From: Rickettsiales bacterium
GTDB taxonomy: Bacteria; Pseudomonadota; Alphaproteobacteria; Rickettsiales; RI-342
Reading direction: 5' to 3'
DNA length: 64,000 nt
Assembly (NCBI GenBank): GCA_044368015.1
Contig: JBIPLF010000003.1
Span: 8,659 to 72,658, forward strand
Part shown: positions 8,673 to 18,689 of the stretch, piece by piece
Layout: each line of letters opens with the position of its first letter
Numbering within the stretch: the first letter of the stretch is position 1
Notes under the pieces: model-generated
The model's database searches: none
Seen by the model: the letters and a program-made list of their open reading frames with translations, nothing else
What the model was told of the DNA's origin: nothing
Position numbers and translations under genes: made by a program

Positions 8673-10463
8673 ATGCCAACCTATCAGGCCCCCATCCGCG
8701 ATTACCAGTTTGTGATTCAGGAGTTTCTGGCTCCCTACCGCGACCCTGCTGTGCCCGGTATGGGCGATCTGTCGGAGGAACTGGTGACCCCGATTCTGGA
8801 AGAAAGCGCCCGCTTTTGCGAAGAGGTGCTGTTTCCGCTCAACATGGTAGGCGACCGCGAGGGGCTAAAGCTGAAGGATGGCAACGTCACCCTGCCGACC
8901 GGCTTTGTGGAGGCCTATCGCACCTACGCGCAAAGCGGCTGGACGGGCCTCACCGCCGACCCCGCCTATGGCGGGCAAGGGTTGCCGGAATTCCTCAACA
9001 TGGCCTGCGTGGAAATGATCTGCTCGGCGAATCTCTCCTTCGGGTTGATTCCTGGCCTCTCGCACGGGGCGGCGAGCGCGATCTACCAACATGCGTCGGA
9101 GGCGTTGAAAGCGGCCTATCTGCCGAAGATGGTAGAGGGCGTGTGGTCGGGGGTGATGTGCCTCACCGAACCGCAGGCGGGGACCGATCTCGGCCTCATC
9201 CGCGCCACCGCCACGCCAAATGGCGACGGCACCTATGCGGTGAGCGGCACCAAGATTTTCATCTCTTGCGGCGATCAGGATGCGACCGAAAACATCCTCC
9301 ACCTGGTGTTGGCGCGCTTGCCGGATGCCCCTCCGGGGATCAAGGGCATCAGCCTGTTTCTCTGCCCCAAATATCCCGTGCAGCCGGATGGTTCACTCGG
9401 CCCGCGCAACCATTTCACCTGCGCCTCGCTGGAAGAAAAAATGGGCATCCATGCCTCGCCCACCTGCGTCATGAACTATGACGGCGCGCTGGGTTATCTG
9501 GTCGGCGTGCCGCATCGCGGCATGAAGGCCATGTTCACCATGATGAACGCAGCAAGGCTGTATGTCGGTGTGCAGGGGCTGGGGCTGGCGGAAATCGCCT
9601 ATCAGCAGGCACGAGCTTATGCCATGGAACGCTTGCAGGGCCGTAGCCTCAAGGGTGCCAAATCGCCGGAGAAAGTGGCGGATAACCTGCTCGTCCATCC
9701 CGATGTGCGGCGGATGCTGCTCACCATCAAATCCTTCACCGAGGGGGCGCGGGCGCTGGTTGGTTATACCGCGCTTCAGGCGGAGCTGGCCCATTCCCAT
9801 CCTGATAGTGCCACGCGCCAGGATGCCGATGATTTCGTGCAACTCATCACGCCGGTGGTGAAGTCGTACCTTACCGATCTGGGATTTGAGAGCACGGTGC
9901 TGGCGCAGCAGGTGTTTGGCGGCTACGGTTATATCCGCGAATACGGGGTGGAGCAATATGTGCGTGATGCGCGTATTGCACAAATCTACGAAGGCACCAA
10001 CGGCGTGCAATCGCTGGATCTCGTCGGGCGCAAACTGCCGATGCATACCGGTCGTTACCTGCGGCAGGTGTTTTTCCCCATCGAGGCGTTTTTGCATCAG
10101 CATCAGGCAAACCCAGCGATGCAGGAGTTCACGAAGCCGCTCGGTGTGCATGTGGAGTATCTCCGCAAAGCCACCCTCTGGATGGCGCAGAACGGCCTTG
10201 CCGATCCGGAAAACGCCGCGGCGGGTTCCGTGGAATATCTGCGCCTGTTCGGGATTGTGTATATGGGCTATATCTGGGCGCAAATGGCCGCGATTGCCCT
10301 GCAAAAACTGAGCGAAGGCACGGCGGAGGTCGATTTCTATCAGGCGAAACTCGCCACGGCTCGCTTCACCATGCAGAAAATCCTCCCGCAATCGGTGGGG
10401 CTGCTCGCCACCCTCACCGCCGGAGCGAAACCCGTGATGGCGATGCAGGATGGGGGATGGTAG
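8673..10463 (+). CDS. Long-type acyl-CoA dehydrogenase
   Basis: 596 aa with MCLTEPQAGTDL, YEGTNGVQ and an extended C-terminal domain typical of the long ACAD family. Confidence 0.9.
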   Translation: MPTYQAPIRDYQFVIQEFLAPYRDPAVPGMGDLSEELVTPILEESARFCEEVLFPLNMVGDREGLKLKDGNVTLPTGFVEAYRTYAQSGWTGLTADPAYGGQGLPEFLNMACVEMICSANLSFGLIPGLSHGAASAIYQHASEALKAAYLPKMVEGVWSGVMCLTEPQAGTDLGLIRATATPNGDGTYAVSGTKIFISCGDQDATENILHLVLARLPDAPPGIKGISLFLCPKYPVQPDGSLGPRNHFTCASLEEKMGIHASPTCVMNYDGALGYLVGVPHRGMKAMFTMMNAARLYVGVQGLGLAEIAYQQARAYAMERLQGRSLKGAKSPEKVADNLLVHPDVRRMLLTIKSFTEGARALVGYTALQAELAHSHPDSATRQDADDFVQLITPVVKSYLTDLGFESTVLAQQVFGGYGYIREYGVEQYVRDARIAQIYEGTNGVQSLDLVGRKLPMHTGRYLRQVFFPIEAFLHQHQANPAMQEFTKPLGVHVEYLRKATLWMAQNGLADPENAAAGSVEYLRLFGIVYMGYIWAQMAAIALQKLSEGTAEVDFYQAKLATARFTMQKILPQSVGLLATLTAGAKPVMAMQDGGW

Positions 10464-10526
10464 GAGGAATTCTTTTCCTTCATTTGAACGCACAAGGGCA
10501 ATGCGCTTTCTGCTGGAACGCCGCCC

Positions 10527-11663
10527 TTACCCCAGCACTTCCTTATACACGCCCAGCGTTTCTGCCTGCATCCGGGTGAGGGCGAAGCGCTCGGCCACGA
10601 ATAGCTTGCCTTCCAGCCCGATATGCATCCGCGTTTCCTGATGCAGCGACAGCGCATCGGTGAGTGCTATCACCAGCATTTCGGTATCTTCCGGCGGGAC
10701 CAGCCAGCCGGTTTTGCCGGGGACAACCGTTTCACGCATGCCGCCATGGTCGGTGGCGATCACCGGACAGGCCATCGCCTGCGCTTCAATCGGCACGCGG
10801 CCAAAGGCTTCCGGCTCCAGCGACGGCGCCAACACCACATGCGCCAGACTAAGCGCAGCGGGCATATCCGGCACGGCGTCCACGAACCGCACTGTCGTGT
10901 CGATTCCTAGATCCGTTGCCAGTTGCTCCAGCTCCATCCGGTAGCCCTCATGCCCGTGGCTACTGCCTGCAAAGACCGCGAGATAGGGTTCGTTAATCTG
11001 TGCCAGCGCCCGCAGCGCCCATTCCTGTCCCTTCCACCGCGTAAAACGCGCTGGACAGAAGATCAGCGGAACATCAGGCGTCGCCCCCCAACGGCGCGCA
11101 TACTCATGGGCCGTCCCCTGATGCACGGCATCAACGCTGAACCGCTCCAGATCCACCCCGCGATGGATGATGCACAGCTTGGCAGGATCGGTGCGCGGAT
11201 AGCTGCTCAGGATATGGTCTGCAATGAAATGCGAAATCGCAATCACCCGCGCGCCATAGGTCATCACGGCATTGTACTGGTGTTTGAGCGGATTCCCCGC
11301 CTTGTAATAGCCGTGGAAGGTGGTGACAAACGGGGTCTGCGTGCGGTTGCAGGCGATATAGGCGCTCCAGGCAGGGCCGCGGGAGCGGGCATGGACCAGC
11401 GATACCCGCCGGTCGCGGATGATCTGCGTCAACCGGCCCGCATTGCGCCACAGGGTCAGGGGATCGCGTCGATTGAGCGGTAACAGTAGGTGCTCCGCGC
11501 CGACCTGTTCCAGCGCATCGACCATCGGGCCGCCACTGGAAACGACGAGCGCTCGCCAGCCCGCCTTGACAATCGCCGATGCGATTTCTACCGTACCACG
11601 TTCGACACCTCCGGAGGTGAGTCCCGGCAGCACTTGCAGAATGGTTGGAACCTCGTGATACAC
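10527..11663 (-). CDS. Glycosyltransferase family 4 (GT-B fold)
   Basis: N-terminal GGVERGTVEIA and C-terminal EAFGRVPIEAQAMACPVIATDHGG (EX7E-type motif). Confidence 0.85.
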   Translation of the reverse strand: MYHEVPTILQVLPGLTSGGVERGTVEIASAIVKAGWRALVVSSGGPMVDALEQVGAEHLLLPLNRRDPLTLWRNAGRLTQIIRDRRVSLVHARSRGPAWSAYIACNRTQTPFVTTFHGYYKAGNPLKHQYNAVMTYGARVIAISHFIADHILSSYPRTDPAKLCIIHRGVDLERFSVDAVHQGTAHEYARRWGATPDVPLIFCPARFTRWKGQEWALRALAQINEPYLAVFAGSSHGHEGYRMELEQLATDLGIDTTVRFVDAVPDMPAALSLAHVVLAPSLEPEAFGRVPIEAQAMACPVIATDHGGMRETVVPGKTGWLVPPEDTEMLVIALTDALSLHQETRMHIGLEGKLFVAERFALTRMQAETLGVYKEVLG

Positions 11664-11735
11664 CCGCTTCCCTCGCAGTTACAAACAGCCCATGGTTACC
11701 TTGCTTACCACAAGACAGAGGCAAGCGCATCCGGA

Positions 11736-12413
11736 ATGCCCGGCGTGCTGTTTCTGGGGGGCTTTAAGTCCGACATGCACGGCACAAAAGCCACGGCGCT
11801 GGAGCGGTTATGCCGCAAAAAGGGCTGCGCCTATCTGCGGTTCGATTATCTTGGTCATGGAGAATCCAGCGGCAGCTTCACCGATGGCACGATTGGCCAG
11901 TGGCAGGAGGACGCGCTGACGGTGCTCGATAGCCTCACCTCCGGCCCGCAAATTCTGGTGGGTTCCAGCATGGGAGGCTGGATGGCGCTGATGCTCGCCC
12001 TCACGCGGCCAGAGCGGGTGGTGGGGTTGCTGGGGGTGGCCTCCGCCCCGGATTTTACCGAAAACCTCATTTGGAACGGGCTTTCCCCGCAACAGCAACA
12101 GGCCTTGCAGGAAACCGGACTCCATTACGCCCCCTCCTGCGAGGGGCAGGACCCCTATCCCATCACCTGGCGGCTGGTGGAAGAAGCGCGCAACCACCGG
12201 CTGCTTACCCGCAAGAGCCTGCCCATCCATTGCCCGGTGCGGCTGATCCACGGGATGCAGGATGAAGACGTGCCGCATCATACCTCGCTGGCGTTGGTGC
12301 CCTTGCTGGAAAGCAGCGACGTGGAACTAACGCTGGTAAAAGACGGCAACCACCGCATGACGCGGGACGATCATATCCAGCTTCTCTGTCGTACGCTGGA
12401 GGGGATGCTGTGA
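11736..12413 (+). CDS. Alpha/beta hydrolase
   Basis: PGVLFLGGFKSDMHGTKA and the nucleophile elbow GSSMGG. Start uncertain: the first in-frame ATG after the divergent gene was used. Confidence 0.8.
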   Translation: MPGVLFLGGFKSDMHGTKATALERLCRKKGCAYLRFDYLGHGESSGSFTDGTIGQWQEDALTVLDSLTSGPQILVGSSMGGWMALMLALTRPERVVGLLGVASAPDFTENLIWNGLSPQQQQALQETGLHYAPSCEGQDPYPITWRLVEEARNHRLLTRKSLPIHCPVRLIHGMQDEDVPHHTSLALVPLLESSDVELTLVKDGNHRMTRDDHIQLLCRTLEGML

Positions 12414-12440
12414 TCCATAAGCCTGTTGGATTGACCGCCC

Positions 12441-12809
12441 TTGCAGGCAATGCCTTTTCCCGCTACACTCCCGCACATGGCTCAGGATTTTTCCCTTACT
12501 CCCAGTGCGGTAAAGCGTGTGGGGCAGTTGCTCGCACAGGAAGCGGCGGGGTCGTATCTGCGCATCACCGTGGAAGGCGGGGGATGCTCCGGTTTCCAGT
12601 ATAAGTTTCTCTTTACGCAGGAGCCACTCGCCGAGGACGATCTGGTGCTGAGCGAAGCCGCCGCTCGCGTGGCGCTGGACGCGATGTCATTGGAGCTAGT
12701 CAAGGGTTCAGCGCTCGATTTTGTGGAAGAGCTGGGCGCGTCCTACTTTGCGATCAAAAACCCCAACGCCACCGCCACTTGCGGCTGCGGCAATTCCTTT
12801 GCCTTATAA
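12441..12809 (+). CDS. HesB/IscA-family iron-sulfur cluster insertion protein (ErpA-like)
   Basis: GGGCSGFQY...CGCGNSF cysteine signature. The true start is possibly ATG 12477. Confidence 0.85.
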   Translation: MQAMPFPATLPHMAQDFSLTPSAVKRVGQLLAQEAAGSYLRITVEGGGCSGFQYKFLFTQEPLAEDDLVLSEAAARVALDAMSLELVKGSALDFVEELGASYFAIKNPNATATCGCGNSFAL

Positions 12810-13600
12810 TGACGGCGCGTTTCTCCATCGCCACCTGGAACGTGAATTCTGTGCGCCCACGGCTGGAAGCCCTGTGCGAGTGGCTTTCCACGCATAAGCC
12901 GGATATTCTGTTGCTTCAGGAAACCAAGGTGGTGGACGAAGCCTTCCCCGCGGAACCGATAGAGGACTTAGGCTATAACCTCGCGCTGCACGGCCAGAAA
13001 ACCTATAACGGCGTGGCGATGCTCTCCCGCACGCGGCTGGAATCCGTCTCACGCGGATTGCCGGGATGGGAGCATGACGAAGCGCGGTTTATCGAGGCCT
13101 CTACCACCGTACACGGGGTGGTGGTGCGGGTGGCGTCCGTCTATGTGCCGAACGGTCAGGAAGTGGGCAGCGAAAAATTCACCCGCAAACTGGCGTTTCT
13201 GGAGGCGCTCGACCGGATGGGGGCGGAGTGGCTGGCTTCCGGTGAGTTGTGCTTGCTGGGGGGGGATTTCAATGTGGCTCCCTACCCAGCAGATGTGTAC
13301 GACCCCAGGCATTTAGAGGGCACGGTGTGCTATCACCCTGAGGAGCGGGCGCGGCTGCGGGCAATGTTGCATCGCGGCTGGCAGGATGCCTGGCGGATCA
13401 AGCATCCGGAAGCGTCCGGCGATTTCACCTGGTGGGATTACCGCTCGCAAGGGTTCGAGCGCGACCATGGCTTGCGGATCGACCATCTGCTGGCCTCTCC
13501 CACGCTCGCCGACCGGATGCAGGAAGTGGTGATTGACACGGCAACGCGAGGCCGGGAGCGCCCATCCGATCATGCTCCGGTAATGGCGTGGTTCGAGTAG
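12809..13600 (+). CDS. xthA: Exodeoxyribonuclease III
   Basis: IATWNVNSVR, LLQETK, GDFNVAP and SDHAP motifs. Its start overlaps the upstream stop (TAATG). Confidence 0.93.
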   Translation: MTARFSIATWNVNSVRPRLEALCEWLSTHKPDILLLQETKVVDEAFPAEPIEDLGYNLALHGQKTYNGVAMLSRTRLESVSRGLPGWEHDEARFIEASTTVHGVVVRVASVYVPNGQEVGSEKFTRKLAFLEALDRMGAEWLASGELCLLGGDFNVAPYPADVYDPRHLEGTVCYHPEERARLRAMLHRGWQDAWRIKHPEASGDFTWWDYRSQGFERDHGLRIDHLLASPTLADRMQEVVIDTATRGRERPSDHAPVMAWFE

Positions 13601-13607
13601 GAGTGTC

Positions 13608-13902
13608 GTCATTGCGAGGAGGCGTAGCCGACGTGGCAATCCAATCTCTGAGTGAGAGATTGATAAGACCTCTCCTCCTTCACCCCTCCCTTGATGGGAG
13701 GGGTCGGAATCGTTCACGATTCCGGGGGAGGGTGATTTTTCGTTACGTCACCCCCTCCCGGTCTCGCATTGGCGATTCGCGACGCTCACGCCGCTCGCCG
13801 ACCTCCCCCATCAAGGGGGAGGTGAAACACGAGCGCCGTGTGGAAAATAATAGGAAACACTTAGCTGGATTGCTTCGCTTCCCTACGGTCGCTCGCAATG
13901 AC
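13608..13902. repeat. Family C palindromic repeat (GTCATTGCGA...GCAATCCA / TGGATTGC...TCGCAATGAC) interrupted by a family A composite (13678-13828)
   Basis: The arms at 13608-13650 and 13866-13902 match the uninterrupted 80-bp copy at 46148-46227. The centre carries the full family A unit. Confidence 0.85.
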
Positions 13903-13922
13903 GAGCGAGCATATGAACGCCT

Positions 13923-14123
13923 CTACGCAATCAAATCGGGGTGCAGGGTCGATTCCAGCTTGGTCAGCTCATCGCGAATGGCGAGCTTCTTGCGCTTCAG
14001 CCGGGCGATCTCCAACTGACCGGCATGCTTGCTCTCCAGAGCGGCAATTTCGGCGTCCATCATGCGGTGTTCAGCGCGTAAAACTTCAATCCGCTCGTAA
14101 ATCTGCTCAATATCCAGAATCAT
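13923..14123 (-). CDS. DUF465 (YdcH-like) protein
   Basis: A short coiled-coil protein with the IARLKRKKLAIRDEL motif typical of DUF465. Start set at MILDIEQ. Confidence 0.7.
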   Translation of the reverse strand: MILDIEQIYERIEVLRAEHRMMDAEIAALESKHAGQLEIARLKRKKLAIRDELTKLESTLHPDLIA

Positions 14124-14255
14124 GGTTGTGTCGGTTCCCTGCCAAAAGAGGCGCATCTTACCAGAAAATAGCACTAAAAACTAGTGCTTTGAGCGGAGCA
14201 CACGCCGCCCTGCGGCATCTATAGAGCTTTCTAATGATTGTCAGACTCCTCTCTT

Positions 14256-14482
14256 CACCCCTCCCTTGATGGGAGGGGTCGGAATCGTTCACGATTCCGG
14301 GGGAGGGTGTCATGCTGAGCGCAGCGAAGCATCTCTCCACTTGCGTTCACCTATCCGTATTTCGTAAAGGGAGAGATCCTTCGGGGATACATCCCCTCAG
14401 GATGACCACCCCCTCCCGGCCTCGCTGGCGATTCGCTGCGCTCACGCCGCTCGCCGACCTCCCCCATCAAGGGGGAGGTAAA
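14256..14482. repeat. Family A repeat whose parts 1 and 2 are separated by a 98-bp family D palindrome (14309-14406)
   Basis: Part 1 lies at 14256-14309 and part 2 at 14407-14482. The insert reads GTCATGCTGAGCGCAGCGAAGCATCTC...CCCTCAGGATGAC. Confidence 0.85.
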
Positions 14483-14516
14483 ACAGGCGGGGCTGCCTGG
14501 AAAGCAATCGAAAACG

Positions 14517-14918
14517 CTATACCACTCTCTCGCCATCTTCCTTGGTGAAGGCCCCCTGCTGCGGAGCGGGTAGAATCTCCAGCACCTGCTCTGAGGGACG
14601 GCACAGCCGCACGCCGCGTTCTGTCACCACAATCGGTCGGTTGATGAGGCTCGGCTCGCGCAGCATGGCGTCGAGGAGGTCGGCATCGGTCAGGGATGGG
14701 TTCTGAAGGGAAAGCGCCGTAAAGGCTGGCTCTTTTTCACGCAGCAGGGCGCGGGGAGTCGTGTCCATGCGCCGCAGAAGCGCCTCCAGCATCGCACGGC
14801 TGGGAGGCGTCTTCAGATATTCGATGATATGAGGCTCAATCCCGGCGTTGCGAATCAGGCCCAGCGTATTACACGAGGTCCCGCAGGCAGGATTGTGGTA
14901 GAGGATAACGTCCCGCAC
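14517..14918 (-). CDS. arsC: Arsenate reductase (glutaredoxin-coupled ArsC family)
   Basis: ILYHNPACGTS...NRPIVV...RLCRPSE closely parallels R773/E. coli ArsC. Confidence 0.88.
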   Translation of the reverse strand: MRDVILYHNPACGTSCNTLGLIRNAGIEPHIIEYLKTPPSRAMLEALLRRMDTTPRALLREKEPAFTALSLQNPSLTDADLLDAMLREPSLINRPIVVTERGVRLCRPSEQVLEILPAPQQGAFTKEDGERVV

Positions 14919-14927
14919 CGCAGGCGA

Positions 14928-15200
14928 CTAGGCGTCTTTTTTCTCTTCCGCCGCAGCGTCCTCGGCCTTCTTGGCGCTGGTAGCACCGAAGCTGAAATTG
15001 CCGAAACGTTGCGAGAACTTCTCCACCTGACCGGTTTTACGCAGGTTGGTGCCGCCCACCCAAGCCGGATGCGTTTTCACATCCACGTCCAGTTGCAGCG
15101 TATCGCCCGCCTTGCCGTAGCAGGAACGGGTGGCAAACTTGGTGCCATCGGTCATCACCACGGTGATTTCATGGTAGTCGGGGTGGATGCCAGTCTTCAT
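14928..15200 (-). CDS. rpmE: 50S ribosomal protein L31
   Basis: N-terminus [12 protein letters not shown]... Confidence 0.93.
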   Translation of the reverse strand: MKTGIHPDYHEITVVMTDGTKFATRSCYGKAGDTLQLDVDVKTHPAWVGGTNLRKTGQVEKFSQRFGNFSFGATSAKKAEDAAAEEKKDA

Positions 15201-15286
15201 GGTGAATCTCCTAAAATCAATCTAAGGGCGCAGCCTATAGCGCGTTTTTGAGGCGATAGCAAGCGCGTTAAAGCTTAAAACCTCCT

Positions 15287-15408
15287 AAACCCGCTTATGC
15301 GAGGAAAGCGCGCAGGGATGGAAACCGAGAAACAGGAGTGTATCCCTTTATACATGACCTGTTTTGAGGAGGCTCCAGCCCAAGCAGATTTCCCGCAGAA
15401 GTAGGGTT
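15287..15408 (+). repeat. MITE-like 122-bp intergenic repeat, family G
   Basis: Roughly 85 percent identical by eye to 50405-50525. Imperfect terminal inverted repeats AACCCGCTTATGCG / CGCAGAAGTAGGGTT. Confidence 0.8.
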
Positions 15409-15415
15409 AGGGGAG

Positions 15416-15973
15416 TTATTTGGATTCCAACTGCTTCACCCGCAGCTCGCGTGCACGGGTGAGGATCGCATCTTCCATCTTGCGGTTGAGCGTGGCATCG
15501 CTCGCCACATCCTGCCACTGGCCGGACGCGCTCTTGCGTTGCTTGAACAACCGCACCTGCACACCGTCTGCGCGCAGGGACTTATCTTTAATAAGAACAT
15601 TGGCCTTGAAACGCTCACCCGGTGCTTCCGGGTTCTCGTACCAATCGGTGATGATCACACCGCCGAAAGGATCGGCCGACGCCAAGGGCATGAAGCCAAG
15701 CGTATCCAGACTCGCCCGCCACAGAAAACTGTTCACCCCAATGCCACCGCCGCCGCCACTACCACCATCGGCGGGCTTGTTGGGATCAAACAGGGCAATC
15801 CCGTCACCGGTGAGTTTGCCGCCGCGCTCACGACGCAGATCGTCGGCAGCTTGTGGAAACTCCTGTTTTCCCTTCATGCTCACGCAGGCGGGGAGCAACA
15901 GACTCAGGCCAAGGGCCAAGGGGATGAATGCACGCATGGAACTATTGCTTAGCATGCCTTTAAGAAAGTGCAA
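15416..15973 (-). CDS. DUF3576 lipoprotein
   Basis: Signal/lipobox LLLPAC, and SFLWRASLDTLGFMPLASADPFGGVIITDWY is typical of DUF3576. Confidence 0.8.
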   Translation of the reverse strand: MHFLKGMLSNSSMRAFIPLALGLSLLLPACVSMKGKQEFPQAADDLRRERGGKLTGDGIALFDPNKPADGGSGGGGGIGVNSFLWRASLDTLGFMPLASADPFGGVIITDWYENPEAPGERFKANVLIKDKSLRADGVQVRLFKQRKSASGQWQDVASDATLNRKMEDAILTRARELRVKQLESK

Positions 15974-16098
15974 CGGAAGAGTGCAAAATTATCGTCCTAT
16001 TTACGGTCTGCCTGACAGTTTTTCCTTGCACCCCTTGGCAGGGCTGGTAAAACCACGGGGAAGCTGGTCGTAAACTATCAACCCCTGTGGGCCAAATC

Positions 16099-17217
16099 AT
16101 GAAATTCCAGATTGATCGTGCCGTATTACTGAGAGCGCTTTCGCATATTCAGAACGTGGTTGAACGCCGTAACACCATTCCGATCCTCGCCAATGTGAAG
16201 ATCGACGCCGACAAGCAGGCCGTGACCTTCACCGCGACCGATATGGATATTGCGCTGGTGGAGCAGATTCCCGCTAAGGTTAAGGACGCCGGCACTACCA
16301 CCATGCCCGCGCATATGCTGTACGATATTGTGCGCAAAATGCCGGAAGGGTCGGAGGTGGAAATCTCCACCGATGCCGCCGGGGGACGCGCCGAAATCAA
16401 AGCCGCCTCGTCGCGCTTTACCCTGTCCTGCCTGCCGGCCAGCGATTTTCCGGTGATGGCAGAGGGCGAATTCTCCCACCAGTTCACGCTGGGAGGTGAG
16501 GAATGCCGCGACCTGATCGAAAAAACCCGCTTTGCGGTGTCAACGGAAGAAACCCGCTATTACCTCAACGGCATTTACCTGCACGCCGCTCAGTCGGAGG
16601 GGATCCCGGTGCTGCGTTCCGTCGCTACCGACGGCCACCGGCTGGCTCGCTCGGAAGTGGCGATCCCCAGTGGAGCCGATGGGATGCCGAGCATTATCAT
16701 CCCCCGCAAAACCGTGAGCGAGCTGAAACGCCTGCTCGACGACCATCCCACCGATGTACAAATTTCGGTGTCTGATACCAAAATCCGCATTCAGTCGGGT
16801 CAGGTGGTGCTGGTGTCCAAGCTGATCGACGGCACCTTCCCCGATTACGAACGGGTGATCCCCGCCAACAATAACCGCCTGCTGGAGCTGGATGGCAAAC
16901 GCTTCTCGCAGGCCGTGGACCGCGTTTCTACCGTCTCTTCCGATAAATCCCGCGCCGTGAAAATTCTGCTCAGCAACGGCTCGCTGGAGCTAAAGGCCGA
17001 CAATCAGGAAGCCGGACAAGCCACCGAGAACATGGATGTCAAATACAGCTCCGAACCGATCGAAGTGGGGTTCAACTCCCGCTACCTGCTGGAAATGATG
17101 TCGCAGGTGGAAAGCGAAACCGTGCAATTCTTCATGGGTGACGCCTCCGCCCCAGCTCTGGTGCGCGACCCGGCGAATGTCGGTGCGCTCTATGTCATCA
17201 TGCCGATGCGGATTTGA
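16099..17217 (+). CDS. dnaN: DNA polymerase III beta sliding clamp
   Basis: MKFQIDRAVLLRAL..., three-domain length, and C-terminal YVIMPMRI. Confidence 0.95.
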   Translation: MKFQIDRAVLLRALSHIQNVVERRNTIPILANVKIDADKQAVTFTATDMDIALVEQIPAKVKDAGTTTMPAHMLYDIVRKMPEGSEVEISTDAAGGRAEIKAASSRFTLSCLPASDFPVMAEGEFSHQFTLGGEECRDLIEKTRFAVSTEETRYYLNGIYLHAAQSEGIPVLRSVATDGHRLARSEVAIPSGADGMPSIIIPRKTVSELKRLLDDHPTDVQISVSDTKIRIQSGQVVLVSKLIDGTFPDYERVIPANNNRLLELDGKRFSQAVDRVSTVSSDKSRAVKILLSNGSLELKADNQEAGQATENMDVKYSSEPIEVGFNSRYLLEMMSQVESETVQFFMGDASAPALVRDPANVGALYVIMPMRI

Positions 17218-17328
17218 GGCCGCATCGCGGGCGTAGTTTTTTATTAATACATTGGCGGTGCTGTCAAAAAACCCTAACATAGTTGTGTTAGGGTCGTTCC
17301 CATCTGAACATTTGGATAGGAATGGTTT

Positions 17329-17964
17329 ATGCAACTCCCCCGTATGAATACACAGGCGCTACATGATGCTTCAAAGGCCGCGTTTAACCGCACAGCCGGA
17401 GCTTTGGGACTGGTGGCTGCGGCCCCTGTGATGGGCGCGATTGCGCTGGCAATTAAAATAGATGATCCGGATGCACCGGTGATGTTCAAGCAGCCTCGCA
17501 TCGGCAAGGATGGAGAACTGTTCGATATCTATAAATTCCGTACCATGACGCCGAATAAGGAACGGGAGCAAGCGGGGGGAAGTTTTACTCTGGAAAATGA
17601 TCCGCAGGTCACTAAAATAGGATCGTTCTTGCGCAAATCCCATCTGGATGAATTGCCTCAGCTCATCAATGTGGCGAAAGGCGAGATGCATCTGGTGGGG
17701 CCTCGTCCTATTACCCCCAGCCATTTGGGCGTCTATCAGAGCGTTCATGAGGAATGCGATAAACGCCATGATGTGCGGCCGGGCATTAGCGGCTGGGGCC
17801 AAAATCTGTATGTAGGCGGGAAGGCCGAGAACGATGAAACGCGTCGTCAGGTGGTGGAGCAGGACGTTGCCTATGCCAAAGCAGACCCGAATATTTTCCG
17901 TGATATGGGAACGATCGCGGTAACGCTCAGCAGAATTGCACAGAAGGCCCTCTCCATACATTAA
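17329..17964 (+). CDS. Bacterial sugar transferase (undecaprenyl-phosphate hexose-1-phosphate transferase family)
   Basis: PVMFKQPRIGKDGELFDIYKFRTM, DELPQLINV and RPGISGWGQ. Confidence 0.88.
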   Translation: MQLPRMNTQALHDASKAAFNRTAGALGLVAAAPVMGAIALAIKIDDPDAPVMFKQPRIGKDGELFDIYKFRTMTPNKEREQAGGSFTLENDPQVTKIGSFLRKSHLDELPQLINVAKGEMHLVGPRPITPSHLGVYQSVHEECDKRHDVRPGISGWGQNLYVGGKAENDETRRQVVEQDVAYAKADPNIFRDMGTIAVTLSRIAQKALSIH

Positions 17965-18041
17965 CACCTGTCACAAAAGTGTCATGCAACGCCTCTATCA
18001 AGAGACGTGGCGATAAGACCACATCACAGGGAGAAGGCATC

Positions 18042-18227
18042 ATGACTCAGCAGCAAACCACCACATCTGCGGAACAACCGTCATCAGTAACGTCCCCCAC
18101 CACCCAGCAACAACCGATTTTTGAGCGCGTGGCGAGAGCGATTCTGGAGGCAACCGGAGTTCCGAAGTTAGTCGCAGCTACAGAGGATGATCTCGGTTAC
18201 ACAGTGTACACGAAAGAAAGAGGTTAA
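18042..18227 (+). CDS. Hypothetical small protein
   Basis: ORF only, first of three tightly spaced small ORFs. Start chosen at MTQQQ. Confidence 0.25.
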   Translation: MTQQQTTTSAEQPSSVTSPTTQQQPIFERVARAILEATGVPKLVAATEDDLGYTVYTKERG

Positions 18228-18230
18228 ACG

Positions 18231-18428
18231 ATGGATCCGAAGGAACAAGCGGAGCAACTAGGAAATAGAGCTGCCGCCGTAATGGTTGGAGGGGTTGCTG
18301 TGACTGGAACGGGAGCCTTGTTGAGCACAAGCGGCGTTTATCCAATCACTACGGGACAGCGGCAATCCTCGATGAATCCGAACAAAGTTGGTACCGCTAA
18401 TGCCACACATCCCTTACCCGAACCCTAA
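18231..18428 (+). CDS. Hypothetical small protein
   Basis: ORF only, starting 3 nt after the previous stop. Confidence 0.25.
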   Translation: MDPKEQAEQLGNRAAAVMVGGVAVTGTGALLSTSGVYPITTGQRQSSMNPNKVGTANATHPLPEP

Positions 18429-18430
18429 GG

Positions 18431-18649
18431 ATGCGTGTTAGATACAAAAACTCCATGAGCAAAACTCCATCACCTGCCGATTTAGAACGTGCACAGAAAC
18501 ATCTGAACGCGATGCTGGTGGATTTCGGTGCAGGCGTTGTGGCAGGCGTCGCGGCGGCAACAGAGTACGGTGGGGGGAATAAGGGCGGGGGTGTTGCCTT
18601 CTGGGCACGGCCCTCGTTGCAGGCAGCTCTGCCGCGAAACAAGGATTGA
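18431..18649 (+). CDS. Hypothetical small protein
   Basis: ORF only, starting 2 nt after the previous stop. Confidence 0.25.
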   Translation: MRVRYKNSMSKTPSPADLERAQKHLNAMLVDFGAGVVAGVAAATEYGGGNKGGGVAFWARPSLQAALPRNKD

Positions 18650-18689
18650 AAGCCGTAAAGGCCGCGGGTCTTAATCCTTTTGATGAGCC

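Noticed and set aside
9393-10493. 366-aa ORF on the minus strand
   Set aside because: It lies entirely antisense to the well-supported acyl-CoA dehydrogenase gene. Its Arg/Gly/His-rich composition is typical of shadow ORFs in GC-rich DNA.
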